Counted from the first letter of the stretch, positions 27,592 to 37,732 are shown. The stretch: DNA of 44,103 nt from Alphaproteobacteria bacterium UBA2562 (GCA_002340345.1 DDLW01000378.1:1-44103), one strand, 5' to 3'. The notes: a model not told the origin generated them from the letters alone. Program-made: numbers and translations.

Positions 27592-29289
27592 TTAATTACG
27601 GCTAGAGAACAGACCGCGTGCGATCACTTGCGCCTGGATTTCCGCCGCACCTTCAAAGACACTTAAGATCCGCGCATCGCAGAGAACCCGACTGATCGGA
27701 TATTCTAATGCATAGCCATTGCCACCATGGATTTGCAGCGCATTATCCGCATTTGCCCAGGCCACGCGTGCTGCCAGAAGCTTTGCCATGCCAGCTTCGA
27801 TATCACAGCGGCGATCACTGTCTTTTTCCCGCGCAGCAAAATAGGTTAATTGCCGCACCATCATCGTTTCAACGGCCATCCAAGCAAGTTTGCCAAACAC
27901 CCGCGGGAAAGCATAAAGCGGCTTGCCAAACTGCACCCGTTCGCGCGCATATTTTAAGCCCAGCTCCATGGCCGATTGCGCCACCCCTGTTGCCCGTGCG
28001 GCCGTTTGAATCCGAGCGCTTTCAAAAGTCTCCATAAGCTGTTTGAAGCCTTGACCTTCGACACCGCCCAGAAGGTTTTCTGCTGGCACGACAAAATCAT
28101 CAAAGCCGAGCTCATATTCCTTCATCCCGCGATATCCGAGGACCTCAATTTCTCCACCGGTCATGCCCTCTGCGGGGAAAGGATCATTTTCTGTGCCGCG
28201 TGGTTTTTCGGCTAAGAACATGGACAGGCCTTTCCAGCCCTCTTCATTCGGATCCGTGCGCGCCAAAAGCGTCATCACATCGGCCCGCGCCGCATGGGTG
28301 ATCCAGGTCTTATTGCCCGTGATCCGATAGACATCACCGTCCCGCACAGCGCGTGTCCGCAAGGACCCCAAGTCAGAGCCCGTATTGGGTTCTGTGAAAA
28401 CGGCTGTTGGCAGAATCTCGCCAGACGAAATCAAAGGGAGCCATTTTTTTCTTTGCTCTTCGGTTCCGCCAATCCGGATGAGCTCTGCGGCAATTTCAGA
28501 CCGTGTTCCCAAAGATCCAACACCGATATAAGCGCGGGAGAGTTCTTCTGACACAATACACATGGCCGTTTTGCCAAGATCATGGCCACCATAGCTTTCT
28601 GGCACGGTGAGGCCGAAAACACCCATTTCAGCGAGGGCGTTAATGACCTCCATCGGGATGAGCTCATCTTTTAAATGCCATTCATGGGCATTTAGGATGA
28701 CCATATCCTCGCCAACACGGTGGAATTGTTCTTGGATCATTTCCAATGTTTCATCATCAATGGCCAACTCACCATAGAGGCCATTATCAGCACTGTCGGA
28801 CAACAGCACCGCCAAGCGGGCTTTGACCTCTGGTGTGAAACCATCCTGGCAAAGGGTTTGGATGGCTGGAATATCCAAACAGTCCAAAGCGGCTTCGGTC
28901 AGACCGAAATCCAGCAAGCGCACCACTTCCCCTTGGCTCATGGGGATACCGCCTTTGATCTGCGATAAATATTCCGCAAAACCGGCCTGGAGCATCAATT
29001 GCTCCATTTCGCCGAATGTCCCAGCACTCTCCAAGCGCTCTGCCCAGGCTTTAAATTGTCGTAAAGTTTCCCCATAAGTGGCCAGCCATGCATAGCCATG
29101 GGCTGCAAATTGTTCTTGCTCTAATAAACTTGCCGCAAGCTTCCCGCCGGGGGCGACTTTCTGTGCAACAGCATGGCGTGCTTGTTTAATATAGGCATCC
29201 ACGGCGTCTATGGCGTGATGGCACAGATCTAAAAGATCGGAAAGGATCAAACTCTTGGTTTCCGTCGCAAGGGCCGCTTGGCTCATCAT
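27592..29289 (-). CDS. mcd: (2S)-methylsuccinyl-CoA dehydrogenase-like acyl-CoA dehydrogenase with a ~170-aa N-terminal extension
   Basis: ACAD core (..TEPNTGSDL.., ..IHGGNGY..). The 565-aa length with an N-terminal extension is characteristic of Mcd, and the gene is adjacent to ccr and ecm. Confidence 0.7.
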   Translation of the reverse strand: MMSQAALATETKSLILSDLLDLCHHAIDAVDAYIKQARHAVAQKVAPGGKLAASLLEQEQFAAHGYAWLATYGETLRQFKAWAERLESAGTFGEMEQLMLQAGFAEYLSQIKGGIPMSQGEVVRLLDFGLTEAALDCLDIPAIQTLCQDGFTPEVKARLAVLLSDSADNGLYGELAIDDETLEMIQEQFHRVGEDMVILNAHEWHLKDELIPMEVINALAEMGVFGLTVPESYGGHDLGKTAMCIVSEELSRAYIGVGSLGTRSEIAAELIRIGGTEEQRKKWLPLISSGEILPTAVFTEPNTGSDLGSLRTRAVRDGDVYRITGNKTWITHAARADVMTLLARTDPNEEGWKGLSMFLAEKPRGTENDPFPAEGMTGGEIEVLGYRGMKEYELGFDDFVVPAENLLGGVEGQGFKQLMETFESARIQTAARATGVAQSAMELGLKYARERVQFGKPLYAFPRVFGKLAWMAVETMMVRQLTYFAAREKDSDRRCDIEAGMAKLLAARVAWANADNALQIHGGNGYALEYPISRVLCDARILSVFEGAAEIQAQVIARGLFSSRN

Positions 29290-29673
29290 GTTTCACTCCA
29301 AAACCAACATTAGCAAAGACTTCAGCCTCAAACCTTTTTCTAAACGTGAAAAAGTTTAAGGAAAGACATTCACAAATATCATTTAAAGAAAACCAGAGCA
29401 TGTTGCGTTCAAGAGTCTTCTGAAGACATGCTCTCTCTTATTATTCTGCTGCAAGACAAAAGCGGCCAATCGAATCCGATTGATCGCGCTTTTCTCTAAA
29501 ACGCCTTATCAGGAGCACAGCGGTCTTTGCCCTGCGCTCCTGATGTGATCTGCTTTCTTTATAATGTGGTCTGAAAGCACAGATCGAAAAGGCTTTGAAG
29601 CTTGAACCTGTCCAGGGGCCAGCATGCATACACAAGATTCAAGCTTCTTTCTCTCAAGAGAGCGGGGACTGTT

Positions 29674-30939
29674 TTAGCTCTCTGTCACGTCTTCGAGCGT
29701 CCGTTGTCCCGTTGTGACCGCATTCACCAAAACAGCCATATTGCCAGGCTTATGCTGGTTGGCTTGCATGGTCATATGGGCTTTGGGAATTTCGTCCCAG
29801 GGATAAACTTCTGACATGCAAGGGTCAATACGACGCTCGATCACCAATTGGTTCGCCTGGGCGGCTTGATGCAAATTCGCAAAGTGGCTGCCTTGAATCC
29901 GTTTTTGACGCATCCAGACAAACCGTGCATCAAATGTCAGATTGAACCCTGTGGTCCCAGCACAGAACACAACCATCCCACCACGTTTCACAACAAATGT
30001 CGAAATTGGGAAGGTTTGCTCGCCTGGATGTTCAAAGACAAAATCAACATCATTGCCTTTGCCTGTGATTTCCCAAATGGCTTTCCCGAATTTGCGCGAT
30101 TCTTTCATAAAAGCATTGAATTCATCGCCATTCACGGGTGGCAACTGCCCCCAGCAATTGAAATCTTTCCGATTCAAAACGCCTTTACATCCAAGCTGCA
30201 TGACATAATCACGCTTGCTTTCGTCCGAAATCACACCGATCGCATTGGCCCCCGCCGTCGCGATGAGCTGAATAGCCATGGTGCCAAGACCGCCAGAGGC
30301 TCCCCAAACCAGAACATTATGACCTGGCCGCAAGATATGGGGGCGGTGACCGAACAGCATCCGGTAGGCTGTTGCCAAAGTCAGGGTATAGCAGCCAGCT
30401 TCTTCCCAAGTTAAGTGCGCTGGCTTTTTCATCACCTGCTGCGCTTGAACACAGGTAAATTGCGCAAAAGATCCATCGGGTGTTTCATAGCCCCAAATGC
30501 GCTGGGTCGGCGAGAACATAGGATCGCCCCCATTACATTCCTCGTCATCGCCATCATCTTGGTTACAATGGACGACGACTTCGTCTCCCACTTTCCAGTT
30601 TTTGACTTTCGATCCCACAGCCCAAACGATCCCAGACGCATCGGATCCTGCGATGTGATAGTCTTTCTTATGAGAATCAAAGACAGAGATCGGCTGGCCT
30701 AAAGCCGCCCAAACCCCATTATAGTTCACACCAGCCGCCATGACCAAAATGACCACTTCATGGGAATCTGGCTGTGGCGTTTCGACAACTTCCACCTGCA
30801 TCGCCGTATCAGGGTTTCCGTGGCGCTCGCGCCGGATTGCCCAAGCATACATTTGCTTTGGCAGATGGCCTAGCGGAGGAATTTCACCGATTTCATACAG
30901 ATCTTTTTGGATGGGAACGACCTTGGCCGGTTCGGTCAT
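29674..30939 (-). CDS. ccr: Crotonyl-CoA carboxylase/reductase
   Basis: N-terminal KDLYEIGEIPPLGHLPKQMYAWAIRRERHG signature, an MDR-family Rossmann motif (VLVWGASGGLG), and a length of 421 aa. Confidence 0.85.
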   Translation of the reverse strand: MTEPAKVVPIQKDLYEIGEIPPLGHLPKQMYAWAIRRERHGNPDTAMQVEVVETPQPDSHEVVILVMAAGVNYNGVWAALGQPISVFDSHKKDYHIAGSDASGIVWAVGSKVKNWKVGDEVVVHCNQDDGDDEECNGGDPMFSPTQRIWGYETPDGSFAQFTCVQAQQVMKKPAHLTWEEAGCYTLTLATAYRMLFGHRPHILRPGHNVLVWGASGGLGTMAIQLIATAGANAIGVISDESKRDYVMQLGCKGVLNRKDFNCWGQLPPVNGDEFNAFMKESRKFGKAIWEITGKGNDVDFVFEHPGEQTFPISTFVVKRGGMVVFCAGTTGFNLTFDARFVWMRQKRIQGSHFANLHQAAQANQLVIERRIDPCMSEVYPWDEIPKAHMTMQANQHKPGNMAVLVNAVTTGQRTLEDVTES

Positions 30940-31349
30940 GATTTTTCTCGTCCTTATTTGTTCAACAGGGTCTGAAGCATGAAAAGATTGAAAGCTCTTA
31001 TGATGACTCTTTTTTTTGAGAGCCCTTCCTCCCGATCATGACTCTTTAAGCTCTTTTACGATGATCCAGTCTCTTTCTACCATAGATAAGGGCCTTTGGC
31101 TTGCGCCTCTGCGTTGTGCATGAGATTTTTATAGAGAGTGCAATCCATCTGCGCCTTACCCTTAATATTTGGAAAGCATCGGGCTGAATCATTTCAGTCC
31201 GTTTTTTGCCCTAAAAAGGCTATACTCCCTCTTGAATAATTTTGCAATGCAAAATGACATAATATTTCGTTATACTAGCCAACAAGGAAATTTTGCGATA
31301 AAAGCATAGACAAACGCGAAAGAAGCGATCCAAAGGACAGGACGAAAAA

Positions 31350-33377
31350 ATGGCGAACACACAAACAAGCACTCCAGAAAAAGCATCGGAACCAGAACAA
31401 AATCAAAGGGATAAGCCTTGGATTTTTCGTACATATTCTGGGCATAGCTCAGCCAAAGCGTCAAACGAGCTTTACCGCACAAATTTGATGCGCGGCCAAA
31501 CAGGTCTTTCTGTTGCCTTCGACCTCCCGACGCAAACCGGATATGACAGCGATCACATTCTGGCCAAAGGCGAAGTGGGCAAGGTCGGTGTTCCCATTTG
31601 CCATCTTGGCGATATGGAGACTTTGTTCGATCAGATTCCTTTGGAACAGATGAACACCTCCATGACCATTAATGCGACGGCCCCTTGGCTGTTATCGCTT
31701 TATATCGCATGCGCCGAACGCCAAGGCGCCGAGCGCAAAGCCCTACAAGGCACCGTGCAAAATGACCTGATCAAAGAATATTTGTCCCGCGGAACCTATA
31801 TTTTCCCCCCAGAACCAAGCCTGCGCCTGATCACCGATGTTGCCGCTTTTACCTATCGTGATGTGCCCAAATGGAACCCCATGAATGTCTGCTCTTACCA
31901 TTTGCAAGAGGCTGGGGCGACGCCTGTGCAAGAGCTTGCCTTTGCCCTTGCAACCGGTATTGCTGTGCTGGACGCGGTGAAAGCCTCTGGGCAAGTGCCC
32001 GACGCTGATTTCCCAAAAGTCGTCGGTCGAATCAGCTTCTTCGTGAATGCGGGGATTCGTTTTGTCACCGAAATGTGCAAAATGCGGGCTTTTGTCGATC
32101 TCTGGGATGAAATTTGCCAAGACCGCTATGGGGTCGCAGAAGAAAAATACCGCCGATTCCGCTATGGCGTTCAAGTCAATTCCCTTGGCCTGACAGAACA
32201 ACAGCCGGAAAATAATGTCTATCGCATTTTGCTGGAAATGCTTGCTGTCGTGCTGTCTAAAGATGCGCGGGCCCGGGCGGTGCAATTGCCTGCCTGGAAC
32301 GAAGCCCTTGGTCTGCCGCGTCCTTGGGATCAGCAATGGTCTTTACGCCTCCAACAGATTGTCGCTTTTGAGACAGATCTGCTGGAATATGGCGATCTTT
32401 TCAATGGGTCTCATGTTGTTGATGCAAAAGTCGAGGCCTTAAAAGAAGAAGCACGGGCTGAATTGGCGCGAATCGACACCATGGGCGGCGCTGTCAATGC
32501 GATTGAATCCAGCTATATGAAGCAAAAGCTCGTCGAGTCGAATGCAAAACGTCTCGCGGCCATCGAAGCTGGAGAGCAAACGGTCGTCGGGGTCAATCGC
32601 TTCAACGAATCCTCTCCCTCTCCCCTGACCAGCGGTGACGAAGGGGCTTTCTTGGCGGTTGACCCTGCCGCAGAACAATCACAAATTGAACGTCTCACAG
32701 CCTGGCGCTCACAACGAGAAGAGGGCAAAACCGCAGAGGCCTTGCGCGCGCTCAAACAAGCGGCGCAAGACGGCAGCAATATTATGGAAGCCTCCATCTC
32801 TTGCGCTCATGCTGGTGTCACAACAGGAGAATGGGGCCAGGCTTTACGGGATATTTTCGGCGAATATCGCGCCCCGACAGGGGTTGCGAAATCTATCCAA
32901 ACGACTGGCAATAGCGATTTACTGAAATTACGAGACCGGCTTGAGACCCTGAGCGATAAAGTCGGTCGCCGCCCTAAAATCCTTGTCGGCAAGCCTGGCC
33001 TGGATGGCCATTCTAACGGCGCAGAACAAATCGCTGTCCGCGCCCGCGATGCTGGCTTCGAAGTTGTTTATGAAGGCATCCGCCTCACCCCAGCGCAAAT
33101 TGTCAATGCGGCTCTCGAAGAAGGGGTGCATGTCATTGGTCTGTCGATTCTCTCTGGCAGCCATGTGCCTTTGGTGACCGAAGTTCTCACCCGTATGAAG
33201 GACAGTGGATTGGCCGATGTCCCCCTTGTCGTCGGGGGGATCATTCCACCAGAAGACGAGCAAAGCTTGCTCCAAGCTGGGGTTGCGCGGGTCTACACGC
33301 CCAAGGATTATGATCTTACAGCGATCATGGCGGATATCACAGATATCGTCGAAAAGGCGCCACAACAAGCCGCGTAA
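31350..33377 (+). CDS. ecm: Ethylmalonyl-CoA mutase (fused B12-dependent acyl-CoA mutase)
   Basis: A single chain carries the mutase TIM-barrel region (FRTYSGHSSA..., TVQNDLIKEY) and a C-terminal B12-binding domain with the DxHxxG motif (GLDGHSNGAEQ). It is divergent from ccr. Confidence 0.8.
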   Translation: MANTQTSTPEKASEPEQNQRDKPWIFRTYSGHSSAKASNELYRTNLMRGQTGLSVAFDLPTQTGYDSDHILAKGEVGKVGVPICHLGDMETLFDQIPLEQMNTSMTINATAPWLLSLYIACAERQGAERKALQGTVQNDLIKEYLSRGTYIFPPEPSLRLITDVAAFTYRDVPKWNPMNVCSYHLQEAGATPVQELAFALATGIAVLDAVKASGQVPDADFPKVVGRISFFVNAGIRFVTEMCKMRAFVDLWDEICQDRYGVAEEKYRRFRYGVQVNSLGLTEQQPENNVYRILLEMLAVVLSKDARARAVQLPAWNEALGLPRPWDQQWSLRLQQIVAFETDLLEYGDLFNGSHVVDAKVEALKEEARAELARIDTMGGAVNAIESSYMKQKLVESNAKRLAAIEAGEQTVVGVNRFNESSPSPLTSGDEGAFLAVDPAAEQSQIERLTAWRSQREEGKTAEALRALKQAAQDGSNIMEASISCAHAGVTTGEWGQALRDIFGEYRAPTGVAKSIQTTGNSDLLKLRDRLETLSDKVGRRPKILVGKPGLDGHSNGAEQIAVRARDAGFEVVYEGIRLTPAQIVNAALEEGVHVIGLSILSGSHVPLVTEVLTRMKDSGLADVPLVVGGIIPPEDEQSLLQAGVARVYTPKDYDLTAIMADITDIVEKAPQQAA

Positions 33378-33383
33378 AACAGG

Positions 33384-33421
33384 ATACCGGGGAGGCAAGC
33401 CCGTCTCTCCGGTATTTTTCG
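33384..33421 (+). terminator. Rho-independent terminator after ecm
   Basis: ATACCGGGGAG-10 nt-CTCTCCGGTAT, an 11-bp stem with one G-U pair, followed by TTTTTC. Confidence 0.75.
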
Positions 33422-33431
33422 AGAGAAAACC

Positions 33432-34193
33432 CTAAGACAAAGGCAGTCTTGCAAGTGTTTTTAAGGCTGCCATCGCTTTTTGGCTTTCCTTCGCCAAGCC
33501 TATTAATCCCGAAAGGTCTTGGGGTCTTTTGAGCAAAGCGCCCAAAACGGCCAAGGGTTTTGTATTGCCTTGCCCATCCATCCCCACCAAGGCCGAAGGC
33601 GGCAAAGCGCGATGTGCTGAATCGGCCACAGCGCGAATGGCAAGAAAAGGCAAGGACAGGGCTTGGGCCGCTTTGGCGACACCATGGCTTTCCATATCCA
33701 CCAGAACAGCGCCCGTTTGCTCGCAAAGGCGACGTTTTTCTTCCACAGTCGCCAGAGGCTGATCACTGCCCACAATCATGTCTTCGCACAAGGCCACGGG
33801 GAGGCCTTGGCGGCACAATACACTTTTGCGCCATTTTGGGTCACACAGCAGCTTATGCCCATCCGGTAGAAAGACACCTTCGGCCACAATCACGGTTCCG
33901 GCTGTCAAGCGCGGGTCAAGACCACCGCCGATCCCGAAAGACAAAAGCGCCTTAGCCCCCCGCGCCGCTAAATCATGGGCAAGACGCTCTGCGCGTTCTG
34001 CGGATCCTCCGGCAATTGCGATGAAAGGCTCTTGGCCTTGATTTTTCTGCTTGGCCTCGGAGGGATCAAATGTCCGGTTCCCCGTCAACACAGCCGCCTC
34101 AGCTTTTAAGCCCACAATCACCCCAATAGGACCCAAGACATGAGGCCCAAGGGAACCGTCCTGGTCTTCTGGTTCCAAAGCAGAGGCTGTCAT
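33432..34193 (-). CDS. PNP_UDP_1 family phosphorylase/nucleosidase (HpnG-like)
   Basis: IGVIVGLKAEAA N-terminus, SFGIGGGLDP, and VDMESHGVA motifs typical of the MTA/SAH nucleosidase-type fold. AAGGAG RBS is present. Confidence 0.7.
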   Translation of the reverse strand: MTASALEPEDQDGSLGPHVLGPIGVIVGLKAEAAVLTGNRTFDPSEAKQKNQGQEPFIAIAGGSAERAERLAHDLAARGAKALLSFGIGGGLDPRLTAGTVIVAEGVFLPDGHKLLCDPKWRKSVLCRQGLPVALCEDMIVGSDQPLATVEEKRRLCEQTGAVLVDMESHGVAKAAQALSLPFLAIRAVADSAHRALPPSALVGMDGQGNTKPLAVLGALLKRPQDLSGLIGLAKESQKAMAALKTLARLPLS

Positions 34194-34463
34194 AACATTC
34201 TCCTTTCAGCAGAGCCTTCACCGTCTTATACCAACCGAAAGGGTCTAAGACTCTACGGTTGGCCACCTCGATTTACCTCGGATTTTGCGTTGCGAAGCCT
34301 CGGAAGTTATTGAAAAGCTTGAGACTGAAAATCAAGAAAAGAGGTCATGAGAGGTTTCCGGTTGGTATGATTTTCAGATTTTTGGCATAAGCCTATCGCA
34401 AGGTCAAAGCCCTTTGATCACATATTGCGCCCGGAAAGTCCCCCAGCAAGAGGTCTCTGTCAT

Positions 34464-34491
34464 GAAAAACGCGACCAGGCTGGTCGCGTTT
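34464..34491 (-). terminator. Rho-independent terminator after the outer-membrane protein gene
   Basis: AACGCGACC-AGGC-TGGTCGCGTT, followed on the minus strand by TTTTTC. Confidence 0.7.
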
Positions 34492-34542
34492 GTCGCTCTC
34501 TTGACGATGAAGTCACTTTAGGGCCGCATTTTGCCCTGTGCT

Positions 34543-35226
34543 CTAAAAGCTATAACGGCTCCCGAACATAAAATTATGAGATCCCATCCCATCCATTTGT
34601 TTTGTTAAGCCCGTGCTATCATCAACATCGAACTCCAATGTTCTGAAATACCGATAGTCCGCTGTTAAAGCCCAACGTTCATCAATGATATAAGATCCTC
34701 CGGCAATGACTTGGAAAGCAAAGGCGGTCTCATTGACATCATTCAGTCTGACTTGATTGGCTTCCAGCTCATCACTATTGATAATCGCTAAACCAACACC
34801 AAGCCCGACATAAGGACGCACACGGTCATTGCCCATGTCGGCATAGACGTTCCCCATGAAACTCGTGGCGGATAATTCACCATTAATGCCATTTGCACCA
34901 TTGGAATCAGGTTCAAGCTCTGTGGCCCGGCGGGAGAATTCGACTTCCCCCCGAAAGGCTGGGTGAAAGCGATGACCAACAGCCGCACTGAACGTCGCAC
35001 CTGTTTCTCCTTGGGCTTCTGTCCCTTGCAAAACACTATCTGGATAGCTTTGATCTTCGAAAAGGGATAGGCCTGCGGACCCAGCGGCATACCATTGATG
35101 GATCCCTGCTTCACTTTGAGCCCGCGCTGCAAAGGTCACAATCATAACGAGGGTAAAAGTCGCAAAGAACGTCACAGCAAGCGGCATATCATTGTGCAGC
35201 TTACGAAAGCTGTTAGAAGAAAACAT
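34543..35226 (-). CDS. Outer-membrane beta-barrel protein (Omp25/Omp31/OmpA-membrane-like)
   Basis: Signal peptide ending AARAQS, alternating beta-strand pattern, and a C-terminal ..GSRYSF with terminal Phe. Confidence 0.7.
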   Translation of the reverse strand: MFSSNSFRKLHNDMPLAVTFFATFTLVMIVTFAARAQSEAGIHQWYAAGSAGLSLFEDQSYPDSVLQGTEAQGETGATFSAAVGHRFHPAFRGEVEFSRRATELEPDSNGANGINGELSATSFMGNVYADMGNDRVRPYVGLGVGLAIINSDELEANQVRLNDVNETAFAFQVIAGGSYIIDERWALTADYRYFRTLEFDVDDSTGLTKQMDGMGSHNFMFGSRYSF

Positions 35227-35400
35227 GACACATTATCCTCAATATTTTAGACCTCAAAAGATTGCCTTCAGAGTTTTCAACGACATAGAGCACTCCCTTT
35301 TTAATATCGGAACAAAAAAGGGTCTATGATTCAGTCTTTCTATGAAAAGCGCATGGAACGGACTCTCAGAGGCGGCTCTTTCAAACTGATTTCGCAAAGA

Positions 35401-35499
35401 TCTAGAGCATTTCGCTTTTAATTTGAAGCAGGTGAAATGCTCTATATCTTTAGTTTTCACTGCAAAACGCATGGTTAAAGTGATCCCACTTTAACCAGC
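35401..35499 (-). repeat. Intergenic modular repeat, copy F (full length, reverse orientation)
   Basis: The minus strand reads GCTGGTTAAAGTGGGATCACTTTAACC + ATGCGTTTTGCAGTGAAAAC + ..AGAGCATTT..GCGAAATGCTCTAGA, which is collinear with copy C. Confidence 0.85.
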
Positions 35500-35780
35500 T
35501 TTGCTATAGCGTCTTTAAAGTATTCAAAGCAAAAGATGGGCCAAATATTTTTCTTATAGTTAACAGAAAAGTAACCATTTTTATATCAGGAATGGTGGAA
35601 GATTTGAGATGTGAAAAAAATGCAGACACGAATATTTTACAGATCAATATTGAGACATAGGAAATTTTATCCACCATCTCGGAAAAATATTCCTACTTGA
35701 ATGGTCTCATGCACCGACCGCGACAAAAGAATCCTTTTTGCCACGGTCGGTGCATGAGATACCTTTGTGTTTATGCACGA

Positions 35781-35876
35781 AGGCAAAGGAGGGGGGCCCT
35801 CACTTTGATCCGTCTTACGGAAAAATAAGCGTGCAACCGACTATAGGTTTTGTCGGTTGTTATGGCATCACGCAAT
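35781..35876 (+). repeat. Intergenic modular repeat, copy G (CAACCGA-hairpin subtype)
   Basis: GGCAAAGGAGGGGGGCCCTCACTTTGATCCGTCTTAC + CAACCGACTATAGGTTTTGTCGGTTG + TATGGCATCACGCAATC. It overlaps the stop codon of the 35868..36962 gene. Confidence 0.75.
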
Positions 35877-36962
35877 CAAACGCCCTAATGTTTCCCTGGT
35901 TGGCGCCAACCAATTCTCCGTAAGATCCTCTCCATACAAGGTTTGCTGAACATCAGCACAGACTTGTTGCGCTTCTTGCCCGGACACGGCATCCATCCCC
36001 GTCTGAGACAAGGTTTTAATGACCATCCGGCCTTTACGCTTCAAGCTGCGATAACACATTTCAAGAAAAGCTAAAGGGTCTTCCAAATCAGCGGCAAAGC
36101 CTGTGCCATAGATGATATCAAATTGATGATGCCAATTCTCATTCATCTTATAAGGAGATTGCGAAAGAATGGTTGTATGAGCCTCCACCAATGCTACCAA
36201 TTCTCGTGCCGCATAGGCCGCGTAGGGATCCTCTTCAACAGCGGTGACATTGGCCCCAAGCCCAGCCATGAACAAGATATCGCCAGCCGTTTTACTCCCG
36301 ACCACCAGAACATCTTGGCCGTGCAAATCTGGCGTGATTAAGCCACGATGAACAGATTCGACAGCCCAATCGAAATGGCGCTTCCAAAGACCCAAGGCAC
36401 GATGCAATCCGGCCATCGGATCACGCACCTGCCCCCATTGATAAAACCCCATCAACCCCGCTTGATCGATCTTGTTCCAATCAACGCCCTCTTTTAAGTG
36501 CCCTGGTTGCCCATAAAGAGAGATCATGGAACGCCCTTGCCAGCGCTGCAAAGCGTCTTTCACAATCTCATGGGCTTCAAGCAAGGTTGGGAGGCTCTCT
36601 TTATGCCGGAATTCCCAAGCAAGACGACGGTCAGAAGCACCAAAAGCTTTTACCGCCGGCCTGGCATTCAGCATATCTTTCAAATTCACAGATTCTGTAG
36701 AACGGCCATAAAAATGCTGATCAATGATATCCGTCCGTTCCCGCAGCATCTTGCGACTTGGCCATCGTCTTTGCGTGAAAAAAGAGCGACCGCCCCCCCC
36801 TTTCACAGAAGCTTCTCTGCCCAAAGGCAGCGGCGCTTCTGCTGTTACTGGGGCCGCTTCTGTCAAAAAGTGCGCGCCGTCTCCTTTTTCTGAGGACTCA
36901 GCCCCCCAGTCTGGAATTTGCTGTAATCCCCCATCCGCTCTTTGAGCGATATGACGTGTCAT
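35868..36962 (-). CDS. Class I SAM-dependent methyltransferase (CmoB/Methyltransf_9-like C-terminal half) with a ~190-aa N-terminal region of unknown function
   Basis: GQDVLVVGSKTAGDILFMAGLGANVTAVEEDP (motif I plus the acidic end of beta2), FDIIYGTGFAADLEDPLAFLEMCYRSLKRKGRMVI, and terminal ..NWLAPTRETLGRLIA. GGGGGAG RBS lies 8 nt upstream. Confidence 0.6.
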   Translation of the reverse strand: MTRHIAQRADGGLQQIPDWGAESSEKGDGAHFLTEAAPVTAEAPLPLGREASVKGGGGRSFFTQRRWPSRKMLRERTDIIDQHFYGRSTESVNLKDMLNARPAVKAFGASDRRLAWEFRHKESLPTLLEAHEIVKDALQRWQGRSMISLYGQPGHLKEGVDWNKIDQAGLMGFYQWGQVRDPMAGLHRALGLWKRHFDWAVESVHRGLITPDLHGQDVLVVGSKTAGDILFMAGLGANVTAVEEDPYAAYAARELVALVEAHTTILSQSPYKMNENWHHQFDIIYGTGFAADLEDPLAFLEMCYRSLKRKGRMVIKTLSQTGMDAVSGQEAQQVCADVQQTLYGEDLTENWLAPTRETLGRLIA

Positions 36963-37732
36963 TTTCTTTACTCCCCCGCATCGACTGCTTTTCCCCGTCC
37001 CTCCTGAAGGGAGAAAAGATCGTTTGCTGGTGCCATTGTCAGTAAGGCGTTTCTCTCATTGCCTTACATGAACATTTTCTGATGGCCATTACAGTAAACA
37101 AAAAGACTTTCTGAAGTTTTAATGGTAAAAAATACTTATAGTTAACAAAAATAACTCTCATTTTATTCATTAACTATCTTTATTTACTTGGGAACAATCT
37201 GCCGGTGGGAAAATATTTCCATGAAATTCTCAAAATTATTGGTAAACATCATATTAACTCATGATTCACTCACCGAAATATATCATCTCTTTCAAGATAT
37301 TAAGACAAAACACCCAGACCTTTAGCAAGACCTTTTTTCAATCTTTACACCCAGCATTTTCTTCCTATAAGAAGGAAACGGCTTCCATCGGAATTCGAAA
37401 CATTCGAAAAAATGCCTTCGAAAGAGAAACCTCTTATCGTTTTTATGTGCCGCTTTTCAGGCCCCACTCTCTTGGCCCCCACTCTTTTGTCAGCGCCTTC
37501 CGAGGCTCTTATCACACAAAATCTAAGGTCAATCGAGGGGAGCAAAAGCATTTTTCCATTCAATCTGGTCAGAAAACATTCTACAGTTCGCATAACAAAA
37601 TATTTGATGCCGCTCTTTTGCTTTTCCCCTGCTTCAAAAAATGCTGTCTATCTTTGTTGTTTTTGCCGTAAGACGAAAGCGACCAGGGGGCCACTTTAAC
37701 GAACTTTGCTTTGGGGGAGGATATTGGCCATA

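Noticed and set aside
33337-34041. A cluster of overlapping ORFs on both strands across the phosphorylase gene
   Set aside because: Only the 33432..34193 frame shows PNP_UDP-family motifs and an AAGGAG RBS. The others are shadow ORFs.
35553-37147. Direct repeat CTTATAGTTAACA (35553-35565 and 37135-37147, roughly 30 of 36 matching when extended) flanking the methyltransferase gene
   Set aside because: By a rough estimate, an exact 13-mer shared somewhere within 44 kb is expected by chance several times. Both copies lie in AT-rich low-complexity DNA, so the extended similarity is weak evidence. I kept it only as a note.
37261-37699. ORFs of 136 aa and 95 aa in the AT-rich spacer upstream of the tannase-like gene
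   Set aside because: They have no RBS. Their composition is typical of translated AT-rich non-coding DNA (Phe/Lys/Ser/Ile rich), and they overlap each other in different frames.
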